Counted from the stretch's first letter, positions 1 to 8,807 are shown. The stretch is DNA of 16,504 bases from an uncultured archaeon (GCA_964525635.1 CAZGJX010000093.1:1-16504), one strand, 5' to 3'. A program made the numbers and translations. The notes: generated from the letters alone by a model not told the origin.

Positions 1-1
1 C

Positions 2-130
2 AAAGTGGATGAAAATACAATAAAAAAACTTACAAAGGGGAAACATACTTTTAAAATTGAATCTCCCTTATTTTCTTTAGAACTTAAATTGGATCTTTCA
101 GATAAGAATTTCAATATAAATTATCCCTAA
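2..130 (+). CDS. 3' end of a gene entering from the left edge (hypothetical)
   Basis: Frame +2 is open from the edge: KVDENTIKKLTKGKHTFKIESPLFSLELKLDLSDKNFNINYP, TAA at 128-130. Confidence 0.7.
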   Translation, partial: KVDENTIKKLTKGKHTFKIESPLFSLELKLDLSDKNFNINYP

Positions 131-385
131 TAAAAAGGAATATTTCATTTCCTAAATGAGGATTTTATGAACTAGACTACAAATAATAATAATATTTTAC
201 TTAACTTTTTAAGAAAATACTTAAATTTTTCACCAGACACCTTTAAATATCATTTTATGAATTATTTATTTATAATTTTTACGAACAAAAATAAAAAGGA
301 TGAGAAGTGGCGAAATCCTTTTTTTTTATTGTATAAAAAAATGGGGGTTTTTATTTTTCTATTTATAATTTAAATAGAGGATTCT

Positions 386-988
386 ATGACAATAACTAAT
401 ACAGAAAACTATGTAAATTTAAATGATTTAATTGACACAGTTCAAATTACTTTTATTTGTCCTGTCTGTAAATCTAAAAAAGAATTAACATTTCCAAAAT
501 CAATAACAGATCAAGCAAAAAATCTTACTACAATCTCTATTCCAAGAAATATTGTCTGTAATCATCCATTTCAAGCTTTTGTAGATAAACAATATAAAAT
601 TCGGGGATATCAAAAAGTTGATTTTGAAATTGATTCTAAATCTAATAAGCAACTAGATTCCTTTAATAATTCAAAATTTCTTAAAAGATCAGAGAATAAA
701 TTATTTGAAAACCTTATCACTGAAGATAATTATGTTGAATATATACCTGATTCAATAAAAAAAGCTAATAGATTAGGTCATCAATTAAATTATAATATAG
801 ATAAAGACAAAAGAAATCCCCAAAAGATTGAAGAAAAGATGAATAAAAGGGGATATAATATGGATAACAAGGAAAATAATCCTGAAATAGAAACACTCAA
901 AATGTTATATGAAGATTTTTGGGAGTTTATTGAAGATAACAATGAAACCTTTCAAAAATTAATTATAAATGATAAAAGAAGAAAGTAA
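386..988 (+). CDS. Hypothetical protein with an N-terminal putative zinc-binding domain (CPVC...CNH), Lokiarchaeia-type
   Basis: FICPVCKSKKEL...TTISIPRNIVCNHPFQAFVDKQYKIRGYQKVDF; SD-like GAGGA upstream; T8 tract at 1021-1028 downstream. Confidence 0.8.
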   Translation: MTITNTENYVNLNDLIDTVQITFICPVCKSKKELTFPKSITDQAKNLTTISIPRNIVCNHPFQAFVDKQYKIRGYQKVDFEIDSKSNKQLDSFNNSKFLKRSENKLFENLITEDNYVEYIPDSIKKANRLGHQLNYNIDKDKRNPQKIEEKMNKRGYNMDNKENNPEIETLKMLYEDFWEFIEDNNETFQKLIINDKRRK

Positions 989-1046
989 AGAGATCTTCTA
1001 TTTGAGTTTTAATACCTTACTTTTTTTTAATTTCTATATCATATCT

Positions 1047-1640
1047 TTATGAAAAAGTTATTTTCTTTAACATATATTCTAATTCTAAAGGTTCAGTCAG
1101 TTTTATATCACTTTTAATCCCAAATTCAGAATGGTCATATTTCGTGTGATATAGTGCCCGGAGTATAAAATCTGGCAAATAACCAAGTGAATAACATTTC
1201 AATTTAAAGAATTCTTTCTCATAGCCGAGAATTGTACATGAAATAACATATTTCAAATCTAAAGCAGATTTGAGTTCATCTTCCGGAAAATTCATCGCAT
1301 ATACACCTATATTTTCCTTAATTTGCTCCTCTTTTAGTCCACTTTCGATTTTTTCTACAGATAGAATATATTGCTCAACTTGTTTCCTATCTTTTTCTTT
1401 TAACACCTGCATCGTTATTTTAATTGAATTAAAAAATCTTTTATCTTCATCTAAAAGAAAAGCTCTAACATTAGTTAAAACATCATACTCTTTATTGAAA
1501 TGATTCTTATTTCTAACTCTGCATGAAATTTCCTCACTGGTAGATTGCCAAAAATACTTCTTTTTCCCACTTATATAATAAAAATCAGAGGTCACTTTTC
1601 CTACAAGACCTTCAATACGATAATCTTTTTTATTACCCAA
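1047..1640 (-). CDS. Hypothetical protein (197 aa, TTG start)
   Basis: Long ORF in very AT-rich DNA; SD-like GAGGG upstream; no family recognised. Confidence 0.7.
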   Translation of the reverse strand: MGNKKDYRIEGLVGKVTSDFYYISGKKKYFWQSTSEEISCRVRNKNHFNKEYDVLTNVRAFLLDEDKRFFNSIKITMQVLKEKDRKQVEQYILSVEKIESGLKEEQIKENIGVYAMNFPEDELKSALDLKYVISCTILGYEKEFFKLKCYSLGYLPDFILRALYHTKYDHSEFGIKSDIKLTEPLELEYMLKKITFS

Positions 1641-1754
1641 TTCTAATACCCTCTAATTTGTTAAATACTTCATGATACTTATATCAATATACTATAATAT
1701 ATTTTCCGATTTTGTTATTATTAAGTGTTAATCATAGTTAACAATTTTCTATAC

Positions 1755-2286
1755 AAATCTGGACATTATTTAAATATCGTTCCTATTCTCATATAGTTCG
1801 AAGTGATATGAATATCTTAAATCATCAATCCTTAAGACTCCTATCTTTTAAATAGTAAATCCTCTTTAATCAAATTATTATCAGTAATTATTCTTTTCTG
1901 GAGGATGAGGAAAAAAAAGTATTGAAAAGGTACTTCAAGAAGATCTTAAAAATGGATATAAACATTAATTTCATTATACATCCATATCAAAAAAAACTAC
2001 ATCCATCCATTATTACCTTAAAGAACTGTAATTTGTTTCTTAATCTTCCTTTAATACAATAAAAGGCATTCGAAACTAACTTTGAAGAAGATTCTTTTCT
2101 CTTTTGAGATGGGAATAGATTTAAGATTAAATCCTTTTACAGTTCTCAACATTTACAATATTCCATAAATTACCTACCTATTAGAAATACCAACAAAAAA
2201 ATTAAGACTCCCTATATGGGGGCTTATGACTGTCAGTTACCAGTCACTCAAGAGGAGTTTATGATTGACCATAAATGTCCAGATTT
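1755..2286 (+). mobile_element. Decayed IS/MITE-like remnant bounded by 13-bp perfect inverted repeats
   Basis: AAATCTGGACATT (1755-1767) and AATGTCCAGATTT (2274-2286) enclose a stop-depleted frame; no clear target-site duplication. Confidence 0.5.
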
Positions 2287-2293
2287 TTTGTAA
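1808..2293 (+). pseudogene. Degraded ORF, possibly an internally deleted transposase
   Basis: One frame from ATG 1808 to TAA 2291-2293 with only 4 internal stops in 162 codons; C-terminus INYLPIRNTNKKIKTPYM weakly recalls the YN..RPH....KTP tail of DDE transposases/integrases. Confidence 0.4.
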
Positions 2294-2401
2294 CTGTATT
2301 ATTTCTCTATTATTTATCAATCAAACATACATACTCAATAATTATTCCTTTTGATTAGTGTTATCTTGATTTCTTATTTAAAAGTAAAAGATAATTGATT
2401 A

Positions 2402-3376
2402 TTAAATTGCTGGATAGTAAGAATATTGGTATAAATTATTTAACTCTCTATTTGATCTATATGGTATAAATCCATTTTTTATACAATTATCATAAAAATT
2501 ATAGATTTTACTTGAACTTATAGGATAATCAATAATTAAAACGGTTTTATTTACATTTAAAGCATAATTTAGATTAGAAATTCCCTCGATCCTCCAAAAA
2601 TCACTTGTTTTAGAATCATCGTAATAAAATAAATCCTCCCGACCAATTCCATCTATATAGCTTAAGTATGTAGAATTTGATAGAAGTGCATCCCCATTCT
2701 GGACAAATACAAAGAAATCTGTTCCTCCAGAACTTTTAACATAACTTGAAATATTTCCAACAAAATCAATCATCAACCAATCTGAATGAGGGATATTGTC
2801 TTCAAAATATTCATAAGCATCAATAATATCCATATAAATCCCATCAAATCCAACACTAATAATTCGATCTAAATATTCATACACTATATCTTGCCAATCT
2901 TCATTCCAATATTCTACTTTATAATTTCCTTTCCATTCTGGATTGGACATATTTAACCAATCTGGAGCGCTTGGATCTGGTATTCCATCATAATTAGCAT
3001 CCCATGCATCGTTCCAATAAAATCTATAATCTTCCGCCTCCCCTATACTTATATAAGCAAGTAAATATTTTTCATAAATTCCCGAAGACTTCATGTAGGT
3101 AATATTGGTATATGAAAATTCTCCTGTCTCATTTCCATCAGAAGAATAATCTATTATCATTAAATCATATTTAGAATTTTTAATTTCTTCTATATCGATA
3201 TCTTGAAGCCAATATGCAAAATCATCTATAGTAGTATCTCCTAACTTGGAATAAATTCGCTCTAATGGTGAAAAATCATCCTCATCCTCTAAAAAATAAA
3301 GATACAATGTAAAACTAATAATAAAACAACAAATGACAAGAAAAGCACATATTATTATTAATCTTTTTTTTACCAT
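2402..3376 (-). CDS. Membrane-anchored MJ1477/TM1410-family putative glycoside hydrolase (GH114/PelA-like endo-alpha-1,4-polygalactosaminidase-like)
   Basis: Motifs FAYWLQ, YDLMIIDYS, AYISIGEAEDYRFYW, NPEWKGNYKVEYW, GFDGIYMDIIDAYEY, VQNG, GIGREDLF; likely start is ATG 3376 (MVKKR + TM helix), not the TTG at 3427. Confidence 0.85.
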   Translation of the reverse strand: MVKKRLIIICAFLVICCFIISFTLYLYFLEDEDDFSPLERIYSKLGDTTIDDFAYWLQDIDIEEIKNSKYDLMIIDYSSDGNETGEFSYTNITYMKSSGIYEKYLLAYISIGEAEDYRFYWNDAWDANYDGIPDPSAPDWLNMSNPEWKGNYKVEYWNEDWQDIVYEYLDRIISVGFDGIYMDIIDAYEYFEDNIPHSDWLMIDFVGNISSYVKSSGGTDFFVFVQNGDALLSNSTYLSYIDGIGREDLFYYDDSKTSDFWRIEGISNLNYALNVNKTVLIIDYPISSSKIYNFYDNCIKNGFIPYRSNRELNNLYQYSYYPAI

Positions 3377-3555
3377 TATTATTATTATTATAACACGGGA
3401 GCAATTTATAATTATATTAGAACTCAAATAGAAAAAAATATATCCCTTATTATATAACTGAGATTTTTTTTGTAAATATAAAGGTTTTCTATTGTAAAGT
3501 CGAATTATTAAATTTCTTCCTATAAAACAAAAATAATAACTTTGATAACTATTGA

Positions 3556-4260
3556 TTATGTTTGTATATTTATAGGTATGGATTCTTGGAGAAATTTCTT
3601 AATCCTTGGAGAAATGGATAATTCTTTATTTACATCCTCTATTTCAGTAAGAATGTTGTTCTTAACAAGTTTTTCTATACGACGATAGACTAATTCTCTC
3701 ACATCTTCGATATGCTTATGGATATCTGCTTTTTTGATTTTTTTAGATTGAAGGACAAGGTCAATAATTTCTTCATAAGAGGGATCATTTAGAAAAAAAT
3801 AGAGTGTCCCAATATCATCATCCATGTGTATAGGAAGAAATAGACTAAATTTTCCTACTTTAATCTTTTTTATTAAATTAAATTTAAGAAGCATTTTTAA
3901 ATGCCAGAGAAATTGTCCAGAACTTCCTGATTGGACGGGAAAAGCCTTCCCTCTGAGTAGAGAAAATGTTGCTCCATTATTTACATGTATCATCTCATAT
4001 ATTTTTCTTCTATATATATTATTGAGAATTGTTGTGCTGGTATGTCTTGATCCATCTATTAAAATTTTCCTGTTAAAAAGAAACTGAATTATTTGCAGTA
4101 ATCCTTTACGAGGTAATTTTAATGCTCTCTTTGCCCGATTATATATTATCTCCATATGTAAAACTTTATTCTCTTCAATAATTTCCTCAGCGATTTTAAT
4201 TACTTTCTGTACGCTGGGATGTTCCAATTGAAGAGAACTGGTGACCTTTGTGGAGAGCAT
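3556..4260 (-). CDS. Tandem winged helix-turn-helix transcriptional regulator (COG3398-like)
   Basis: RRKIYEMIHVNNGATFSLL...GQFLWHLKMLLKFNLIKK, then a second wHTH (ELVYRRIEKLVKNNIL); starts 5 nt after the upstream gene's stop. Confidence 0.8.
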   Translation of the reverse strand: MLSTKVTSSLQLEHPSVQKVIKIAEEIIEENKVLHMEIIYNRAKRALKLPRKGLLQIIQFLFNRKILIDGSRHTSTTILNNIYRRKIYEMIHVNNGATFSLLRGKAFPVQSGSSGQFLWHLKMLLKFNLIKKIKVGKFSLFLPIHMDDDIGTLYFFLNDPSYEEIIDLVLQSKKIKKADIHKHIEDVRELVYRRIEKLVKNNILTEIEDVNKELSISPRIKKFLQESIPINIQT

Positions 4261-4265
4261 TTATC

Positions 4266-5588
4266 TTACCTTAATAATTTATTATTTTTTGTATTTATAT
4301 CATCTAATTTTTTTATTTTGCTATCGAGTTCTCCTAATTCATCTATATTTTCATTATAAAATTCAATAAATTCTGTTGATAATCCTACTGGTGATTTCGC
4401 TAAATCTGTCTCTATATCCTCATATTCATATTTTTCAGCGAAAATATCTTTATATTTCTTCTCTATGTGATGGGGAAGCTTTAATTTTTTATGAGAGAGT
4501 AAGAGAGGGTGTCTTTTATCTTTAATAATTCTGTAAGGGAAGTTAGAAAAATATTTTTCAATTAACTCATAAGCAGTTTGATATTCATTCATATCTACAC
4601 ATGATTTCTTTAAAAGACGTTCAAATCTATTCTCAAAATCCTTTGAAAAACTAGTAACAGCATTTCTTAATAATTTAGAGGATTTTGAAGCAACTAATCC
4701 AATAGTTATGTATTCAGACTTATTTAGAATGATAATACCCTCATCTAATTGGATATCTACTAAGCTTCCTATATTCATAATTTCTTCACTCATAACTTGA
4801 ACTGTATTAAGAAATCCTGTGAAAGCTTTCTCATTTAAATTTGATTCTGACCAATCATGATCATATAAAGGATATCCCTCTTTATCTTTCACTATTAATC
4901 TAAAAATGGTAAAGGGCAATATATAAAGTAATTTGGGTTCTTTAATTATAGCATAAAAAACAATCGCTAAACCTAATATAAGGAAAAATTCCATACAATA
5001 TTTAAAAATAGGGGATATGAATAGTATAATTTGAAATATCAAACCTATAATAGAGCTAATCATCCCTCCAATAAGAAATACATTTGCTTCTTTTTTAATT
5101 AAATATGGAGCATTTAGCCACGTTTTTATTATCCAATAAAGCATATAAAAAGCAAATAAAGCAATAAAAGATAATACTAAGTACCGAAATAATCCCGCTA
5201 CTTTTACTACTTCATAATTAAAAGTAATTAGTTTTGTGATAGCTTCTGGTTGGGTTGCTAAATATAATGATAGAATACCAAATCCAAAGATTATATAAAG
5301 AATAAATGAATTAGCAGAATCCTTAATTGTAAAATTTATTCCTATTATCGCAAAAAAAACGGCAGGAAATATAAAAATACCTACAAGACGAGCTGATAAA
5401 TCATTATTTAGGGTGGCGAATCCATCAAAGAATTTAAATAAGCTAAAAAAAATGAATGAAATTCGTATAAAAAATACCGAACGAATAGTTTTAATTTTGG
5501 GTAAAATAAACATTAGAATTGTAAATATTAAAAAACATATTGAAGCACCAAATTCAATTAATAATTCTAATAGAAGTAATGTTTCCAT
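4266..5588 (-). CDS. Multi-pass (~7 TM) membrane protein with a C-terminal longin/roadblock-like domain
   Basis: About 7 hydrophobic segments in aa 1-225, then RLIVKDKEGYPLYDHDW...FTGFLNTVQVMSEEI...ITIGLVASK...FSKDFENRF (longin-like pattern) and an acidic tail. Confidence 0.75.
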   Translation of the reverse strand: METLLLLELLIEFGASICFLIFTILMFILPKIKTIRSVFFIRISFIFFSLFKFFDGFATLNNDLSARLVGIFIFPAVFFAIIGINFTIKDSANSFILYIIFGFGILSLYLATQPEAITKLITFNYEVVKVAGLFRYLVLSFIALFAFYMLYWIIKTWLNAPYLIKKEANVFLIGGMISSIIGLIFQIILFISPIFKYCMEFFLILGLAIVFYAIIKEPKLLYILPFTIFRLIVKDKEGYPLYDHDWSESNLNEKAFTGFLNTVQVMSEEIMNIGSLVDIQLDEGIIILNKSEYITIGLVASKSSKLLRNAVTSFSKDFENRFERLLKKSCVDMNEYQTAYELIEKYFSNFPYRIIKDKRHPLLLSHKKLKLPHHIEKKYKDIFAEKYEYEDIETDLAKSPVGLSTEFIEFYNENIDELGELDSKIKKLDDINTKNNKLLR

Positions 5589-5688
5589 TTCTTATCTCTT
5601 CATATTTTATTTATATTATTTTTTTTTATATATAAACATTAGTTATTTTAGAAATTCTTATACTTTGACAATCAATCTAAAAGAAAAC

Positions 5689-5700
5689 AAAAAAAAAAAA
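5689..5700 (-). terminator. Oligo-T (T12) archaeal-type terminator directly after the RF1-like gene
   Basis: A12 on the + strand immediately adjacent to the TAA at 5701-5703. Confidence 0.6.
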
Positions 5701-6360
5701 TTACCCTATTTCAGATTGAATATTCAATAATAGTTCCCTAAGACTTTCAAATCCACCATCATAGCAAGTATTATAAACTTTTAGAACTTTTATATTAGTT
5801 TTTTTCAAAAATCTAAGTTTAGATTTTCCACATCCGCCAACATAAAAATTAATTTTCATAGGTTCAACAACTTCAGCTATTCTTTTATAAAATTTCATTT
5901 CCATTTCTTCTCTAACTCTTTCAAATCTACGTTGAGAGAATCCTCCAGGCGAACTTTTTGAAGGAACTCCTGAAGTAAACTCCTTAATAATTTCAAAGTC
6001 AATTAAATTCGTAGATCCTATGGCTGCTCTTTTTCTCCCAATAACTAATAATCCATACATATTAGAATTATTATATAAGTCTAGCAATGGTTGTCTTAAT
6101 ATATCATTACCACAATAATATATGAATTTCTTTACCTTTTTCAATGGCTTAATGATTTCTATATTATCAGAAGCAAAAACAACTAATCCAAAATCAGTTA
6201 TTCAGGTAATAGAATTATATATCTTGTTTAAAAGAGTTAAAATATGCTTCCTACTACCCTTCTGCTTAATATTTCTTGATTCTGCTATTTCTTTTCTCAA
6301 GAAATTTCTCACAGCATTTATATCCTTATTAAAAGGAATATACAAACTAATTGATTTCAT
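5701..6360 (-). CDS. Minimal aRF1/eRF1-family release factor paralog (N+M domains, no C domain) with an in-frame TGA at codon 53; readthrough gene or recent pseudogene
   Basis: Own translation: MKSISLYIPF...KEIAESRNIKQKGSRKHI...IYNSIT*ITDFGLVVFAS...FIYYCGND...YGLLVIGRKRAAIG...SGVPSKSSPGGFSQRRFERVRE...VGGCGKSK...GGFESLRELL. Matches aRF1 ISLYIP, A(S/T)NIKS, NGLV.F, YxC, GGQS.RRF.R and GGPGxTK motifs. TGA at 6204-6202 is in the same frame as ORF 5701..6144. Confidence 0.85.
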
Positions 6361-6382
6361 ATGAGTATATAATTGTTATAAT

Positions 6383-6390
6383 TATTTAAA
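6383..6390 (-). promoter_or_regulatory. TATA box of the RF1-like gene (probably leaderless mRNA)
   Basis: TTTAAATA on the - strand, 23-30 nt upstream of ATG 6360. Confidence 0.5.
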
Positions 6391-6547
6391 CTTAGCATAA
6401 TCATCGGGGAAAATAATGGGAAAATCTATTTGAGTATTGTTATTAAAATTCCTCTTATTATTTTAAAAACAATTTAAATAAAAAAAGAAAAATATAATAT
6501 TTATTTTGCTATTTTTTAAATGGTTTTCATTCCATATAGTAGAGCTA

Positions 6548-8308
6548 TTAAAGGTCATCAATTAATCCTACATAATATTGAGCAACTAACAACGCGTCTA
6601 CGATATTAATAAAACCATCATGATTCACATCTGCAACATCAGTATAAAATGGTTGAGGATCAAGTTCAACATAATATTGAGCAATCAATAATGCATCAAT
6701 AATATCCACCAATCCGTCGTTATTTACATCTCCATTATTCCCAGTAGCAATAACACCATATACTTCAAATTCAAATAAAGAATATCCATATTCACTACTC
6801 CGCTGAATTGCATACATCCGGACATATCTGGTATTCACTTCAGAAAAACTTATATCATCAATACCTCCATCGCTACTTGTTGTTGAATAAACTGTTGTCC
6901 ATGTTGATGTATCAGAAGAAACTTGGATTTCATATACACTCCCATAGGCAGTTTCCCAATTAAGGATTACGCGATTAATATTATAAGTATTTTGTAAGTC
7001 AATATAAATCCATTGAGGATCACTGAATTCTGAAGACCATCGTGTAGTTAAAGATCCATCCACCGCATTTGATCCTTCGTAGCTTGTACTTTCGATAGAT
7101 GATACAGTAATAGGTTTATTCAGAGCAATATTAGTACCCTCAATCTCGGATAGGGTAGTTACACTCAATATATTACTTTCTGGAGAAAGATTACCCATAG
7201 CATCAAATGCCCTTATTGTATATGAATAAGTTGTTTCGAATGAAAGATTGGAAACTGTATATGAATTTGTATAAGATGTCCCAATTTCAACACCATTTTG
7301 ATAAATATTATATCCAGTTACACCAATATTGTCGCTAGAAGGATTCCAAGTTAATACTATACTAGTACTTAAGACGGAAGTAGACTGTAATCCTGTTGGT
7401 GTAGTTGGAGGCACCACATCAGGGATATCATCAAGATTATAAACTCTTACATAGTCAACAAACATAGCTGTTGGAAACATTTCATTATCAACACCCTGTT
7501 GACCACCCCAATCCCCTCCAATAGCAAGATTTAAAATGATATAGAACTCTTGATTAAAAGGCCAAGTAGTCCAGCCAGTACCTTCATTTAAAAAGCTAAA
7601 GTAGAGATTATCATCAATATACCAATCCATTCGATCAGCAGTCCATTCCAGAGCATAAACATGATAATTTGTCTGACAATCACCAACATATATAGATCCG
7701 CCCACCTGAGTTCCTGCGAGGTGATTATATGCATCACAGTGAATTGTACCATGAATCATTCCTGGATCATACCCAACATGTTCTAATATGTCGATTTCAC
7801 CACTATCCGGCCATCCACCATAAACAGAATCCCTTGGCATCATCCAAAAAGCAGGCCAGGTACCTACTCCTATAGGAAGCATAATCCTTGCTTCCATTCG
7901 CCCGTATTTCCAATCCCCTTTATACTGTGTTATAAGCCTTCCAGATGTGTATTCATATCCATTCCAAAAATCCCTCCTTGCTTCAATAGTAAGATGACCA
8001 TCCTCTACACGAGTATTCTCTAAACGCTCTCGGGTGTATTTTTGAAGTTCATTATTGACCGTATAAGGCTCCCAGTCTTCATAAGTCCACTTTGTAGGAT
8101 CTGGAAGACCATCGTAATCAAATTCATCTGACCAGACTAAAGTAGGTGGAGATGCTTTAAGATGAGTTTTTGTCCCATTTCTCTCATTATTAACATTAAT
8201 AAAAGTCTGCATTTGTAGATTAAGCAAACTCAGTACAGGGATCGTTATTAATATAACTGTAATTATTGAAAAAAATAGTAACTTGTTTATTTTTTTTCTA
8301 TTAAACAT
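6548..8308 (-). CDS. Secreted GH16 beta-1,3-glucanase/laminarinase with FN3, F5/8-type C (CBM32-like) and C-terminal dockerin domains
   Basis: Signal/TM N-terminus; LVWSDEF, WPAFWMMP, catalytic GEIDILE, NLAIGGDW; FN3 (PPTTPTGL..LTWNPSSDNIGVTGY..YTIRAFDAMGN); NIALNKP..AVDG..TRWSS..WIYIDL; duplicated Ca-loop GDVNNDGLVDIIDALL / ADVNHDGFINIVDALL. Confidence 0.92.
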   Translation of the reverse strand: MFNRKKINKLLFFSIITVILITIPVLSLLNLQMQTFINVNNERNGTKTHLKASPPTLVWSDEFDYDGLPDPTKWTYEDWEPYTVNNELQKYTRERLENTRVEDGHLTIEARRDFWNGYEYTSGRLITQYKGDWKYGRMEARIMLPIGVGTWPAFWMMPRDSVYGGWPDSGEIDILEHVGYDPGMIHGTIHCDAYNHLAGTQVGGSIYVGDCQTNYHVYALEWTADRMDWYIDDNLYFSFLNEGTGWTTWPFNQEFYIILNLAIGGDWGGQQGVDNEMFPTAMFVDYVRVYNLDDIPDVVPPTTPTGLQSTSVLSTSIVLTWNPSSDNIGVTGYNIYQNGVEIGTSYTNSYTVSNLSFETTYSYTIRAFDAMGNLSPESNILSVTTLSEIEGTNIALNKPITVSSIESTSYEGSNAVDGSLTTRWSSEFSDPQWIYIDLQNTYNINRVILNWETAYGSVYEIQVSSDTSTWTTVYSTTSSDGGIDDISFSEVNTRYVRMYAIQRSSEYGYSLFEFEVYGVIATGNNGDVNNDGLVDIIDALLIAQYYVELDPQPFYTDVADVNHDGFINIVDALLVAQYYVGLIDDL

Positions 8309-8552
8309 TTCTAACTCCTTTGCTATTAATTAGGTTTTTTTTTAAAATAATAGAAACAGAAAACTACAATATATTATGAATATGACTTTTTATTTGTTTT
8401 CTTTTTTAATTCTTTAATTACTCTTCTAGTTATCATTTAATAGATTTATACCTTGTAATAAAAAAAAAATCATATAAAATCCTATATACCCTTTTATTAT
8501 GCTTCTTGGAAAAAATAGTCTTTTTAAATAGTTTTTATATTATTACCATGCA

Positions 8553-8807
8553 ATGAATGATGAAAATGATACTGATGAGAATGTTGAACTTTCTTTTTTA
8601 GAAGGAAAAGGTAATTATGTAAAAGATCTTCTCTATATCGAAGAAACTGATAAATCAATTAAATTTTGTAGGAAGAAAGATAATAAAAGTGTTTGGATTC
8701 CCAAATCTCTTATTAAAGAGGAATGGAAAAAAGAAGTAGATGTGCTTCAGAATGTTTTCATTAAAGATTCCATTACCCATCTTGAGCTTAAATGGCGAGA
8801 TGAATAA
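8553..8807 (+). CDS. Small hypothetical protein (84 aa; ETDKS...VWIPKSLI, small beta-barrel-like)
   Basis: ORF with protein-like composition; TTTAAATA box ~25-30 nt upstream. Confidence 0.7.
   Translation: MNDENDTDENVELSFLEGKGNYVKDLLYIEETDKSIKFCRKKDNKSVWIPKSLIKEEWKKEVDVLQNVFIKDSITHLELKWRDE

Noticed and set aside
313-350. T/A-tract hairpin upstream of the 386 gene
   Set aside because: Pairing comes mostly from homopolymers, expected by chance at this AT content
1270-1503. 77-aa + strand ORF
   Set aside because: Antisense shadow inside 1047..1640; non-ATG start, Ser/Phe/Ile-rich
2203-2270. Hairpin cluster as an IscB/HEARO-like ncRNA
   Set aside because: Stems are short, no iscB or HNH ORF is nearby, and it lies within the decayed frame
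3377-3427. 17-codon TTG-initiated extension of the GH114-like ORF
   Set aside because: Its poly-Ile run comes from the AAT repeat; ATG 3376 gives a normal basic + TM N-terminus
3824-4087. 87-aa + strand ORF
   Set aside because: Antisense shadow of the wHTH gene
5413-5730. 105-aa + strand ORF
   Set aside because: Overlaps two better-supported - strand genes and low-complexity intergenic DNA
6202-6204. Selenocysteine reading of the RF1-like UGA
   Set aside because: A T12 terminator directly follows the gene, no SECIS-like hairpin is visible downstream, and the position is not a conserved Cys in RF1s; disfavoured but not formally excluded
6122-6364. 80-aa + strand ORF
   Set aside because: Antisense to the RF1-like N domain, which has recognisable motifs on the - strand
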